Below are positions 1 to 10,137 of a DNA stretch of 64,000 bases, one piece after another. The DNA lies in IMG/VR virus record IMGVR_UViG_3300027896_005002, positions 124,001-188,000 of that record; one strand, written 5' to 3'. The position numbers and the translations under genes are program-made. The number at the start of each line of letters is the position of its first letter. Positions within the stretch are counted from its first letter, which is position 1. The notes below the pieces were generated by a model that was given only the letters and a program-made list of their open reading frames with translations, was not told the DNA's origin and did not search any database.

Positions 1-2
1 CA

Positions 3-164
3 CCACTAAGAAAAAGCAAACATGCATACATCACGTGGAATAGAATAATCAAAAAATGGAAAGCACAACCAGTCAAAAATGGCAAACAATTCTATTTAGG
101 CCATTTTAGCAAAGAGTTAGAAGCTAAAAAAATTGTCGATAAATTCTTTAAAGGATCCAAATGA
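3..164 (+). CDS. C-terminal end of AP2-domain DNA-binding protein (possibly HNH-AP2 homing endonuclease); truncated by window start
   Basis: Own translation: PLRKSKHAYITWNRIIKKWKAQPVKNGKQFYLGHFSKELEAKKIVDKFFKGSK*, matching the AP2 pattern W..kW.A....nGK..YLG.F..e.EA. Confidence 0.65.
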   Translation, partial: PLRKSKHAYITWNRIIKKWKAQPVKNGKQFYLGHFSKELEAKKIVDKFFKGSK

Positions 165-832
165 GTAAACTTTATTTTAATGTCGGCGATACAGTCCATG
201 TCAATGTCAGCACAATAATTAATAAACCAGAATTTGATGTTGTTATAACTAAAATAATTGTCCGTTATGGTAAATTTAATGGAGAAAGAGATAACCTAAT
301 CAAAGGCAAATTAATAATTCCATATAAATGTGAATGGACTCATAAATCTAAATATCCATGTTTTAACTGCAATAACACTGGAATGGTAACTGAAAAATCA
401 TTCTCCGAACACTACATAACTAACATCATCAAAAGATGTAATAAATCAATCAACACTATCAATAATATCTACACTGAACACGAACATCGCAATACGGTTT
501 ACTTAATGCATAAAATAGACACCGAACAAAAATCTGTATGGTGTGGTACATTATTTGATCTTATATCGAATGTATTGTCCAAATTACATAAGAATATCGA
601 TAGAGATATTGATTTATCTAAAGCACAAAATCTCTATATGAAAAATCATATTGGATTGATAAAATCTAATGATCATATTTTTTATGTTAATAAGAAAAGA
701 TTTTCAATGTGGGTAATTAAAAATATCGATAAATTACTTTATACAGTCAAACAAATGGATGATATGGCACTAGAAGAAGACAAACAAATAGAAGAAATAT
801 ACAATAACGACTTTGAATATGCAGAAAACTAA
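161..832 (+). CDS. hypothetical protein
   Basis: 223-aa ORF overlapping the upstream stop codon (ATGA). Confidence 0.6.
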   Translation: MSKLYFNVGDTVHVNVSTIINKPEFDVVITKIIVRYGKFNGERDNLIKGKLIIPYKCEWTHKSKYPCFNCNNTGMVTEKSFSEHYITNIIKRCNKSINTINNIYTEHEHRNTVYLMHKIDTEQKSVWCGTLFDLISNVLSKLHKNIDRDIDLSKAQNLYMKNHIGLIKSNDHIFYVNKKRFSMWVIKNIDKLLYTVKQMDDMALEEDKQIEEIYNNDFEYAEN

Positions 833-1055
833 TATTCTAGAAAGGCAAATAAATGAGCACACTCAAAATAGGCATCAAAGTCAAAAAACTAAAATTCTGG
901 GTCTGGTTCGACAAAACCAACACTAAAGAAGATGATACAAAATTCGAAGGTACTAACGGCTGGGGTGGTGAAACTAGCAACATCACTATTGCTAAATTAA
1001 ACGTACATCCTCGAGACATCGAAGGAAGAATCGAAGCTGACGGATACCTCTGCTA

Positions 1056-1574
1056 ATGAATTTTCACGACATTATCCAAACTATCGATGATTGGGTCGGC
1101 GGCGGACTCCAAGGCCAACATGATGACGGTGATCCCACTCCAGATGACAAACTCCTCTTCTACAACACAATCAACAACATACCAATTAAATACAAACATG
1201 GCGGAATTCTATATAGAGGAATTTCTCTACCAAAATCTACTAACCTCAATAACCTCAAAATCTCTGAACTAATCTCATCTTGGTCCAAATCGCTACAAAT
1301 CGCACAAGAACACGCACTAAAAAATCCATACACCACTCTCCACATCATCTTCAAAAAATCTATCCACTCAAATCATATTCTCATCAACATCGAAGACTTC
1401 TACAAAGACTTACCATCTCTCACTAACATCATCCCTCCCAACATCAAACTAAGAATCAACCACTCTACTCGAGAACAAGAAATCATCTGCAAAAACATAT
1501 CCCTCTCTATCAATAACATCTACCTCATACATCACCACAACCAATGGCTATCACTACCCCAATTAAATGGATAA
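1056..1574 (+). CDS. ADP-ribosyltransferase-fold protein (R-S-E class)
   Basis: Ordered motifs LYRG, SSWS..lqiA and REQEII match the R / SxS / ExE signature of R-S-E ARTs. Confidence 0.65.
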   Translation: MNFHDIIQTIDDWVGGGLQGQHDDGDPTPDDKLLFYNTINNIPIKYKHGGILYRGISLPKSTNLNNLKISELISSWSKSLQIAQEHALKNPYTTLHIIFKKSIHSNHILINIEDFYKDLPSLTNIIPPNIKLRINHSTREQEIICKNISLSINNIYLIHHHNQWLSLPQLNG

Positions 1575-1804
1575 AATTGCAGAAAATATTAAAAGGTTCG
1601 AGGTTCAACTGGCCTCACTCAAAAATCATTTGCTAAAAAAATTGGCATAAGCGCTACTCATTTAACCTCATTGAAAAGAAAAAGAAAAGACCATCTTTAA
1701 AACTTATTTGCAAAATATCTAACAAATTCAATATTGATCCAGCTTTTATTGTTACACATACAGATAACTTGCAACTTCTTAGGAATTTATTAAAAAATCG
1801 TTAA
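1567..1804 (+). pseudogene. XRE-family HTH regulator, apparently frameshifted twice (or sequencing error)
   Basis: Joining three frames gives MDKIAENIKR/RGSTGLTQKSFAKKIGISATHL/LIEKKKKRPSLKLICKISNKFNIDPAF...; both breaks are single-base losses in short homopolymers. Confidence 0.65.
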
Positions 1805-2062
1805 TACCTACATCAAGTCCTAATTCTTCATAAATAAATCTACTGCGGGCTCTTGCTGACATCAACTCTTTTCTATTTCTTTCTATAAATACAACCTACC
1901 TGTTTCTTATTTTTAAAGCTCAGTATACCACATGCGCGGGCCCGTGAACGAATCTTCACAACGACGTTAACTAGGCCCTCGCTGGCACCTAACAGTACCC
2001 CTTCGAGGATAACCCTGCGAATTCGCACGATTCTTAATTGTGGCGGTTACCATAACACCTCT

Positions 2063-2358
2063 GGGATCTCAGCATTAAGGCAACAGAGATCTCAAGTAAA
2101 GAGATCTCCTCCGAGATCTCATAGGTCTCGGATCTCAAGAATTCGAATCGATGTCGGCTCTGTCGAGTTGAGTTTTTGAGATCCGACTCAGTATAAAATT
2201 AGACTCAGTGCCATGAAGTAAACGGATTGGAGCTCTTAGTGTAGATAGAGTAGAGTGTAGAGAGCAGAGATAGCACGGTACGCTCTAGAGAGCTAGTGTA
2301 GAGGGATCTAGAGATCTCAGTAGAGCGTGATTTTTGGAGCTATATGGAGAAGGATCTC
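2063..2358. repeat. cluster of GAGATCTC/GGATCTC motifs in a non-coding convergence zone
   Basis: GATC at 2065, 2088, 2103, 2115, 2131, 2180, 2305, 2313, 2353; full palindrome GAGATCTC at 2086, 2101, 2113, 2311. Confidence 0.8.
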
Positions 2359-2490
2359 ACTCGAGAGAGTAGTGTGTAGAGTAGTGATATCGCGAGATAG
2401 AGCGTAGAGATAGAGTGCTTTCTGTTCGACTGCCACATTTAGGCGCTCGACAAAGAGGAGAAGATAGGGAATAAGTGAGTAGAGAAGATT

Positions 2491-2901
2491 TTAGTAGAGT
2501 TTGATGCCGGCTTTTTTGAAGTCCGATTTGAGGACGAAGACTGGGAATAATTCAGGTAGTAGTTGGTTGTTGGTATCGTAGGCTTTTGTGCCTTTTCTTT
2601 TTGATGGCCAACCGACTTTTGAGAAGTTTTTTTCAGTGTAGTTGCCAATGAATATTTCGTTTTTCTTTAATTCAGGATGATGTATCCTCTTTGAAGTTTT
2701 TATAATGATTCTATCGACAATAGCGCTAAGGAGACAAAGCAGAGGGCCAATGATGATGAGGAGTGAAAGAGGACGATATATGATGCTCGTTATTAGCCAG
2801 TGGTATATGATGCCTATTAGAGTGAGGAGAATACCGATTATAAAGATGATTGATGAAAAGAAGAAATCTATGATAATGAGAATTTTGTTTCTTGAGTTCA
2901 T
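2491..2901 (-). CDS. membrane protein (two predicted TM helices)
   Basis: Two long hydrophobic segments followed by a basic tail. Confidence 0.55.
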   Translation of the reverse strand: MNSRNKILIIIDFFFSSIIFIIGILLTLIGIIYHWLITSIIYRPLSLLIIIGPLLCLLSAIVDRIIIKTSKRIHHPELKKNEIFIGNYTEKNFSKVGWPSKRKGTKAYDTNNQLLPELFPVFVLKSDFKKAGIKLY

Positions 2902-4129
2902 AGTACCTCAGAAGTTCTCGAGATTTTTGAGAATTGTTTCTTCATCCATGTCATCCGGGAGTTCCATATAGTCTGGATTGCTTGGATGTAGATGAGAGCG
3001 AGCAATGTTTCGTTTGATACGTGCTATTGCGAATATGTTGTAATTTTCCATATTAGTATAATCATGAGATAGCGTAGAAATGGCCATTAATTTTTTTAGC
3101 AATGACAGAAGAATCGTTCGGGAGTTTCTTCACAGTACATTTTGAGGAAGAAGGTGCATTCTTTATGAATTTGGCAGGGTTTGTGTAATGATAGTGCTCT
3201 TTTGAGTATGTGTTCCATGAGTATGGAGAGTTCAGATCCTTTAAGATGTTTTGTGCTTTCTTCGACCTCTTCTACGCCACCATGAGCAGAAATTCTGAAT
3301 TGGTGATCACGCCATGTAAAGCGTATTGCATTTTTTTCTGTTGTGAAGTCGATGTCAGTGATTTGTTTTTGGAATGGTATGATATCCGGCGTTGTTAGAG
3401 TTTTTATAATGTCCGATTGTGAGTACATAGTGTTCCTTATAATGTTCCTTATAATAAGTCATTAGCTTTGAGATATGTATCGGTAATGAATTCCAGAGTG
3501 ACGTTGCCTTTGCTGTGATTGTATCCGAAGGCAATAGCGTCTCGAATAAGATCTGTTTTTTTAATGCGAAGTTGGTTACGGACTATTTCAGCATTGTTTA
3601 TAGCTTGTTGTAGTCGACCTTCGGCAATGTGACGGATGATTTCATCCATTAATGTGACTAATGTTGGTGTTGTCATGGATTGATTCCGGGGCGATTGCCA
3701 TAGGGTGCCGATTGGTTAGGGTGATTTACGTGACCGACGACACCAGCAATGGTTATGCCGAGGATAGTGAGGATGACAATGAGTACCATGAGTTCGATGA
3801 GAGTGAAGCCTTTACGTTTTTTCATGAGGACCTCCGATTGAGTAGGTATTTGTGAGTGAAAGCGATAATTTTTGATGGTGATCGAATTTCTACTGGGCCA
3901 TTTTTGGGTACTGTTTTTAAGTAAGCTTTTATAGTATCTGTTAGAGTAGGAAAATCTGGAGATTCTGTAGAATTTTCCATTTTGATGTCGTGTTTTTTGA
4001 GGAAAGATGCCATTGATTGGAGAGTGTCAGTTTCTACAATGAGAGCACATCGTTTGCCAGTACATATGACGGTAGCTTTAGGATAGCGAATGATTCCTTG
4101 TTTAGTCATTATTTATACCTTATAAATAC

Positions 4130-4561
4130 CTAAGCATTGACTTGGTCCCTGAGTTTGTTGGAAAATCGTTTTGCCTGGACGACAGCTTGTGCACTTAAAG
4201 CATAGAAGACGGAATTTCTGACATTTTTGAGAGCGTCTTCTAATTCTGCTGGATCAAGTTCCTTGAAAGATTCGATGATTTTATTGTGATTGAAGTCAGG
4301 AATATTAGCTACAGAGGTCAACGGATTTTGATGACCGTTATGGTGATGTTGAATGACCGCTGGTGGATGAAAGCCTTTGCGAATTTTGTAAAAGTATTTG
4401 AAATTTTTGGTAACAATGGGTTCTTTATCTTTGGACCGTAAATGATAAATGTGAGTGTAGACAGCACTCGATGTGATGTTGAATCGATCCATGAGTTGTT
4501 GTTTGGTGACACCATCGGGGCTGGATTGGATATATTCCAGCATTTGTTGATGAAGTGACAT
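4130..4561 (-). CDS. winged-HTH DNA-binding protein
   Basis: N-terminal LEYIQSSPDGVTKQQLMDRFNITSSAVYTHIYHLR followed by a beta wing. Confidence 0.65.
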   Translation of the reverse strand: MSLHQQMLEYIQSSPDGVTKQQLMDRFNITSSAVYTHIYHLRSKDKEPIVTKNFKYFYKIRKGFHPPAVIQHHHNGHQNPLTSVANIPDFNHNKIIESFKELDPAELEDALKNVRNSVFYALSAQAVVQAKRFSNKLRDQVNA

Positions 4562-4811
4562 AGAAATACTCCTTTATAATAAATATTTTTCTGCCTTACC
4601 GTATGCGTAGTATGATGATGGATGGAATTTTCTCCAAAGTGTGAGAATTCCTACAAAGATCCAAGTTATGGGACCGGTAATGAAAATACATATTTTACGA
4701 TATTTTGTAAATGCGTTTAGAGGGATAACAATTACAGAGAAGTAGCCTATAAGACCCCAGCAACCGACGCCACTTACAAGATATCGCCATAAGGGAATTG
4801 TTTCGTGCATA

Positions 4812-5126
4812 TTATTTCTTTTGAGAAGGTGTTGGTTTAAATTTGATTATTTTACCGTTTTTTTCTTCATAACATATAGGACCTCTTCCATCTTCACGGA
4901 CACCGAACATTCCATTGAGAATTCCAAGAAATCCGACTTTTGAAGCAATGTGTGGTTCATGATTATCGACTTGGATTGTTGGATGTCTCTCGAGGGCTTT
5001 GCGACAATTCTCTCTGTGTTTTATTAATTCATTAGCGCATACCGAATCGAGTTTTAAGATTTCATTTAGCAAGTCGCAGACATCTTTGACGGTAATACTT
5101 TTTTTAACGGTAATACTTTTTGCCAT
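4812..5126 (-). CDS. hypothetical protein, paralogue of 37557..37868
   Basis: Near-identical blocks RHPTIQVD.HEPHI.SKVGFLG.LNGMFGVR.DG.GPICYEEK.GKIIKFKPTPS. Confidence 0.8.
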   Translation of the reverse strand: MAKSITVKKSITVKDVCDLLNEILKLDSVCANELIKHRENCRKALERHPTIQVDNHEPHIASKVGFLGILNGMFGVREDGRGPICYEEKNGKIIKFKPTPSQKK

Positions 5127-5304
5127 AATTCACCTTTTCTATTTGCCGGAAAGCCAGCTGACAAAGACTATTGGACCTATGAATAATAGTACGATGATGA
5201 TGGTTGTTCTTATAGGATGTTTTTCAAAGTCCATAAATGTGCAATTATTTCCCTCAAAATGTGGCAGTCGAATTGTCTCTTTCTCTCTTGGCCGATGGAA
5301 GTGG

Positions 5305-5940
5305 CTATGCTTCGGTTTTTTCTTTTGCTTCTTTGTCGGCTTTCTTTTTCTTTTCGATGTATTGTTTGGATTTTTCCGCAACCGTTATAGTGGCCAGTTT
5401 CTTTAAGACGTCGAGGACCTTGGAGTCATTTTTTTCGAAAAGTTCTGTAAAAGATTTTTTGTCCAGGATGAATTCCACAGGTGATTTTGATTGGACCGAG
5501 CATTTGCCGAATTTGGAAGCAGATGTGGCCAAGAATTTTTGGTCCAATGTTTTGTCGATGCCGAAGTAGAATATGCAACGGCTTTTGCCATTGACTGATT
5601 TGCTCTTTTTCCGGGCCTTGAAAGCGATGACACGGAAGTCTTTGCCGGTTTCGGATTTGAGGCCAAAGATGATTTTGCCGCATTTGTATCCGAGTTTGGT
5701 CAGAGGTTTATTGTCGATTGTAAGGGTTAAGAGATGGCTTTCAAAGTCCGTTACGATTTGTTCCATTGGAGGCCGTTTGTATTCGACCTTGGTTTCGTCA
5801 ACATCTTTTTTCGGCTTCTTTTCAATGGTTGTTGCAGTGGTTACGACTTCCTTTTTCTTTTTTTCCGGTACCGGTTTTTTCTCCGGTTTTTCTGAAGCAG
5901 TTTTGTTTTTGTCGTCAATGACGTCATTGAGTTCGGGCAT
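5305..5940 (-). CDS. Lys/Glu-rich hypothetical protein
   Basis: 211-aa ORF with upstream SD (AGGAG). Confidence 0.6.
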   Translation of the reverse strand: MPELNDVIDDKNKTASEKPEKKPVPEKKKKEVVTTATTIEKKPKKDVDETKVEYKRPPMEQIVTDFESHLLTLTIDNKPLTKLGYKCGKIIFGLKSETGKDFRVIAFKARKKSKSVNGKSRCIFYFGIDKTLDQKFLATSASKFGKCSVQSKSPVEFILDKKSFTELFEKNDSKVLDVLKKLATITVAEKSKQYIEKKKKADKEAKEKTEA

Positions 5941-6718
5941 GGTAGCTCCTATTTGAAGTGTGGGAGAAGTATAAAAACCGTGCTATTTGATTTCTGATCC
6001 GTTGATCGAAATTTCTTCGATGTCGTATAATATTGATAGCTTGTTTGATGAGTTCTTTTTGGCGGTCAATGAAAGTTTGTCGTATTGCCGGTGGTACACC
6101 CTTCATTCTTTGAATTGTTTTTAAATATCTTTTTCTTCGAGGTAAGATGCCAAATTGAATACTGGTTAATGTTTGCCGATTAATAGCTCGTTTTAGAATG
6201 AGCCGGAATAAGGGGATATCATTCATCGCTTCTAAGATTTCCTTTATAAGACCCATATTATGTCGAGTCATATCATTCGATTGTTCTAAAGCTTCTAACC
6301 TTTGCAAAATTTCAAATTGAGTTACTTGACTACTTTGCTTGGTTTCAATGATGATTTGTGACTTATCCCCTAATTTTGCAAAAATATCAGGAATTGAGTC
6401 TTTTTTATTTGTAACATTCTTTAGCATATTTTTATAATCACCATTAAAGTCGTAGATTATTCACATTTCAACGTTTCCAAAAATTCTTGAACTGAGTGAG
6501 TCGTTTCCAATAAAATTTTTAGATCAAGGACATCATCTGTAGTGATTCTTGGTCCGTCTAAAAACTTCGCATGTTCTTCGGCAAATATTATACTCATTGG
6601 ATTTTGATCTGATATTTGTTTTGACATTTCTGCGTACATTTCACTAAGTCGATCAAAAAAATTCATACTCACTCCCTATTATTATAATCAATTAATTCCA
6701 TAAAGAATGTCCACATAT

Positions 6719-7306
6719 CTACGCTACTTTTTTGACTTTGATCCAGTCATTAACATCGATGCCTCGACTTAAATGTGATTTGTAAATGCTGAATTTTTTC
6801 TTAAGGACAATGCCTTCTTCAACTGAAAGATTTCTTTTGATGATTAGGTTATATAGATCCAGGAAATTGTCAGTATATTGACGAATGGAAAATACTTGGT
6901 TCTTATTTAATGGAGAAATAATCTCTGGTGCCGTCAAAAAGTGGCTATAGTATTTCCTTCTTTCGACCAATTGTAATGATCTCAGGTCCTTTCCGTTGTA
7001 ATAAGGCGTATCAAAAATGACTATAATGTTTTTGAAATCTGTCGACCGGAAATTGACTAATTCACCGTCAAAAACTGTGTCGTTTGGAATTTTCTTAAAA
7101 GCATCGACAAAAACTGAAGAATTAAAATCAATAATTGTTCCATGTCGATTGAATAATTGAATTTTGTTGGCAATTTTGAAGATAAGACAACGCCAGCCAT
7201 TGTATTTTATTTCGGCATCCCATTGTGGATTTTTGCTCAATTTGATAAAGTAGTCCGCATTGGGCCATAGCCGAATTGGTTGTGGCGGATAAAAAAACTG
7301 TATCAT
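6719..7306 (-). CDS. ATP-dependent ligase adenylation domain lacking an OB domain
   Basis: EIKYNGWR (motif I), FDGELV (III), IFDT (IIIa), EGIVLK (IV), WIKVKK (V) at the very C-terminus. Confidence 0.8.
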   Translation of the reverse strand: MIQFFYPPQPIRLWPNADYFIKLSKNPQWDAEIKYNGWRCLIFKIANKIQLFNRHGTIIDFNSSVFVDAFKKIPNDTVFDGELVNFRSTDFKNIIVIFDTPYYNGKDLRSLQLVERRKYYSHFLTAPEIISPLNKNQVFSIRQYTDNFLDLYNLIIKRNLSVEEGIVLKKKFSIYKSHLSRGIDVNDWIKVKKVA

Positions 7307-7516
7307 AAACCGCGCTCAATTTCGATTTTTCTGGCTGCATCTAAAAAATGTGACCTTAAAGGATCAGTTAATTCTTGGGCTTTGAGTCTGAGTCGACGAA
7401 CGTACTCTATCGGATCTGTGCGCAATAATTCCTGATTTGATTGTGCACGATTTTTAATGAATTCAGGATTTAAAACAGCATTTTTAGGGATTTCCCATTG
7501 TTCCATAAGTACTCCT

Positions 7517-7900
7517 TTATCCTTTTAGAACCTTTTTGTATTTTACAATTTTTAAAATTGGTTTGAAAAAGTTTGGTTTTTTAATGATAGAGCCTTCATG
7601 AGGCAATAATAAAGCCACTGCACTTTTATGCCGTTTTCCATGAAGATGAGATTCTGCATTTCCTTTTGGCATTGATATTTTACAAGTATCACAATAAAAT
7701 TCATGTTTGGGATCGTATAACGGTTCTTGCAGAGGTGGAAATACTTCATCATAAATTGTTTGAAATTCTGCCCGTTCATTTGCAGTGCATTCCATTTCCC
7801 AAGCATCAGCACCACAATAATCAATTATTCCTTTTGCGAGTTGTAAAGCTCTTTTGAGTTTTTCAAGTAAAGATTCTTTGATTTCGCCTTGGATATTCAT
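7517..7900 (-). CDS. protein with matrin/U1-type C2H2 zinc finger
   Basis: FYCDTCKISMPKGNAESHLHGKRHK. Confidence 0.55.
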   Translation of the reverse strand: MNIQGEIKESLLEKLKRALQLAKGIIDYCGADAWEMECTANERAEFQTIYDEVFPPLQEPLYDPKHEFYCDTCKISMPKGNAESHLHGKRHKSAVALLLPHEGSIIKKPNFFKPILKIVKYKKVLKG

Positions 7901-9036
7901 GCGTCCTCACTTTTATATTTTAATTGGGTCATTTTGCATTCACTTACATCAACGTCATCTCTTATTTCTTTGAAGCTTGGTTGGTATAAGCAACCGTTTC
8001 GATATGCGTAAAGGTATTTAATTTCGACGACTGATCCAATAGGTGGGTGCCGACTGCAACTGCAATAGCCGACAAATTCTCGATCACCAGCTCCATTGAA
8101 AAGTTCCATTCCTATTGAGGCTTTTCCAGTACGACCTTCAACGACGATGACTGAACATTCGGCATAAAATTTGAATTTGAATTGATCGAGACCTTTTCCG
8201 GGAGAGAAAATTGCTGACATTTTCTTGAAGACGATTCCTTCTTTTCCTTGGGCCTCGAGTTTGTTGTAAAAAGCGACTTTAGCTGCTTTGCCGACAATGA
8301 TGTCAAGGATTTTGATTTTGGGACCGAATCGTAATTGATTAAGAATATGATATCGTTGAAGATAAGGCAAAATGCGCAAATTCATTGTACCGAGTTCGAG
8401 GATGTCCCAAGTATAAAAAATGCCGTTGACTTGTTCACCATCGATGAGAATATTGGGATTGATATTACTTAGCGATGCTTTGAATTCCGAATCACATTCA
8501 CAACCGATTCCTTTTTTATTTCGAACAGTTAAAATACCGTTGGTCAAATGAAGAGAAAGATGCTTACCGTCCTTTTTTTCTTGAGCACAAAAATCATCGT
8601 CATCAAGCAATCGAGCAAGGTCATCTTCATCAGTTTCTGTAAGTAATTGAGGGATGAATCCAATGTCGATGTCATCGTCAGGTGCTTCCCTTCTTTCTGC
8701 AGCTTTTCTTCGATTTTCTCGAATTAATTTGAAAGCCTCGGTCGCTGTCCGGAATTTTACTGGATCGTTTTGGCCAGTTTGACTGTCTTGGTGACACTGT
8801 CTTACGATTTTGCGAAAGGCTGTTTTTACTTCATCCTCTGTTGCCGTTGGTGATACACCAATTACCGTGAAGGCTGATGTCGCAGTTAGATTTTTAGCAG
8901 AATCTGAATTTTTAAGAGCTTCACTAAAAATACCGGCCCATTGATTGGGATTTCCTTTTTCACCAGTATATGTACCGTATTTTGATGGTGATGACCAGAT
9001 AGAAGATTTTTTAGCCATTATCGAACTCCTCTGCAT
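7897..9036 (-). CDS. J-domain / ATP-dependent DNA ligase fusion (probable start 9018)
   Basis: J-like helix set AFTVIGVSPTATEDEVKTAFRKIVRQCHQD; ligase QEKKDG, IDGE, WDILE, EGIVFK; OB domain VVEIKYLYAY...LYQPSF...RDD. Confidence 0.8.
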   Translation of the reverse strand: MQRSSIMAKKSSIWSSPSKYGTYTGEKGNPNQWAGIFSEALKNSDSAKNLTATSAFTVIGVSPTATEDEVKTAFRKIVRQCHQDSQTGQNDPVKFRTATEAFKLIRENRRKAAERREAPDDDIDIGFIPQLLTETDEDDLARLLDDDDFCAQEKKDGKHLSLHLTNGILTVRNKKGIGCECDSEFKASLSNINPNILIDGEQVNGIFYTWDILELGTMNLRILPYLQRYHILNQLRFGPKIKILDIIVGKAAKVAFYNKLEAQGKEGIVFKKMSAIFSPGKGLDQFKFKFYAECSVIVVEGRTGKASIGMELFNGAGDREFVGYCSCSRHPPIGSVVEIKYLYAYRNGCLYQPSFKEIRDDVDVSECKMTQLKYKSEDA

Positions 9037-9552
9037 GCATGTTCACGAGTTCCGATTGCGAATTTTTTCATGACTTCTTTTGATTCCCGAGCTAAAGGTC
9101 CATGCCATTGGGACATATTGGCCAAAGAATAAAGTATTTGCGTTTTTAATCCATCAGTTCCATATTCATCGATTGCTCGAGGAATGGCCTTCAAATATGC
9201 AGCACCGATAGGATCCCTTACATTTTCTATAGCATTTTTGATGGCTTCATCGAGTGTCATAATGTGGTAGTCCTATTTTGCTTTAATGATTTCAACCGGA
9301 ACGCCTTCGCAACTATCATGTTGTTGTCTATCAATTTTTGCATATTCGGTTTTGAGAGTTTCGATGATAGATGCCATTTTTTTCATGATTACAGCTTTGT
9401 GATTTGCGCCTTTTCCCTGATTCCACATTTCACCGCCGATTGTAACGGCGTATTTTGCTCCACCATCATCATCCGATTCCGTAATATTTACCCGAAATTT
9501 TCGAGTCTTTGTTACGAATACTTCAACCTTTGCTTTTTTAGCCATGATTTCC

Positions 9553-9699
9553 TCACGCCATCACTAAGGTTTTTGATTTTCTGGTTTTAGTCCGCTCATC
9601 CTTTTTGTACCAGCGATATGCCGTTGATTTGCTGATCGGTTTCGTGTTCGGTGAACAGGTTCCGTATTTTGAAGGCGATGTCCAAATGCTGTTTTTCAT
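9553..9699 (-). CDS. 48-aa ORF not in the track, sharing an N-terminal motif with the J-ligase
   Basis: MKNSIWTSPSKYGTC... behind SD AGAGGA; ligase starts MAKKSSIWSSPSKYGTY. Confidence 0.6.
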   Translation of the reverse strand: MKNSIWTSPSKYGTCSPNTKPISKSTAYRWYKKDERTKTRKSKTLVMA

Positions 9700-9716
9700 A
9701 ATTTCCTCTTTTTTTT

Positions 9717-9995
9717 TTAAGCATGAACCAAAGCTTGTTTCGTGTAGGAAGCCAAGGACCTACGACCGAATTTCCTACCTTGAACGCCGATAGATTCCAG
9801 GTGCTTGCAGTGGCCATGACGAATATTTCCACGGCAGGAACAAGTCCACCATTGGGCGCCAGGAGCATTGTCGTAAGAAACCATGTAAAGTTGATTGGAA
9901 GAAGACGACCGGACTTTGAATCTGACTTTGTAACGATCTGAATCCGGAAGAACCTCGACCGCTGTGTGCTGAATCCTGCTCATTAAATCGTTCAT
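9717..9995 (-). CDS. SWIM zinc-finger protein
   Basis: WTCSCRGNIRHGHCKHL (CxC...CxH). Confidence 0.7.
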   Translation of the reverse strand: MNDLMSRIQHTAVEVLPDSDRYKVRFKVRSSSSNQLYMVSYDNAPGAQWWTCSCRGNIRHGHCKHLESIGVQGRKFGRRSLASYTKQALVHA

Positions 9996-10025
9996 ATTTG
10001 CTCCTTATGGTTTATTGTTTCCTTT

Positions 10026-10077
10026 TTCCTATTAATTATAATCATGTTGACAGCGCGTACTGCGTTCAAAATGTGGC
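10026..10077 (-). promoter_or_regulatory. bipartite motif GCCAC box + TGATTATA box + SD
   Basis: Minus strand GCCACATTTTGAACGC...ATGATTATAATTAATAGGA; 33 nt between box starts. Confidence 0.75.
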
Positions 10078-10137
10078 CGTTCTTTCTATGTATTTTTAAC
10101 GTAGAAATACCGCCATTTTTTGACGACGGAAAGGAAA

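Noticed and set aside
1567-1804. Programmed frameshifting in the XRE gene (also the A7 run at ~51276-51282 and the ORF near 32830-33020)
   Set aside because: Single-base indels in homopolymers are best explained by long-read errors or decay; needs read inspection
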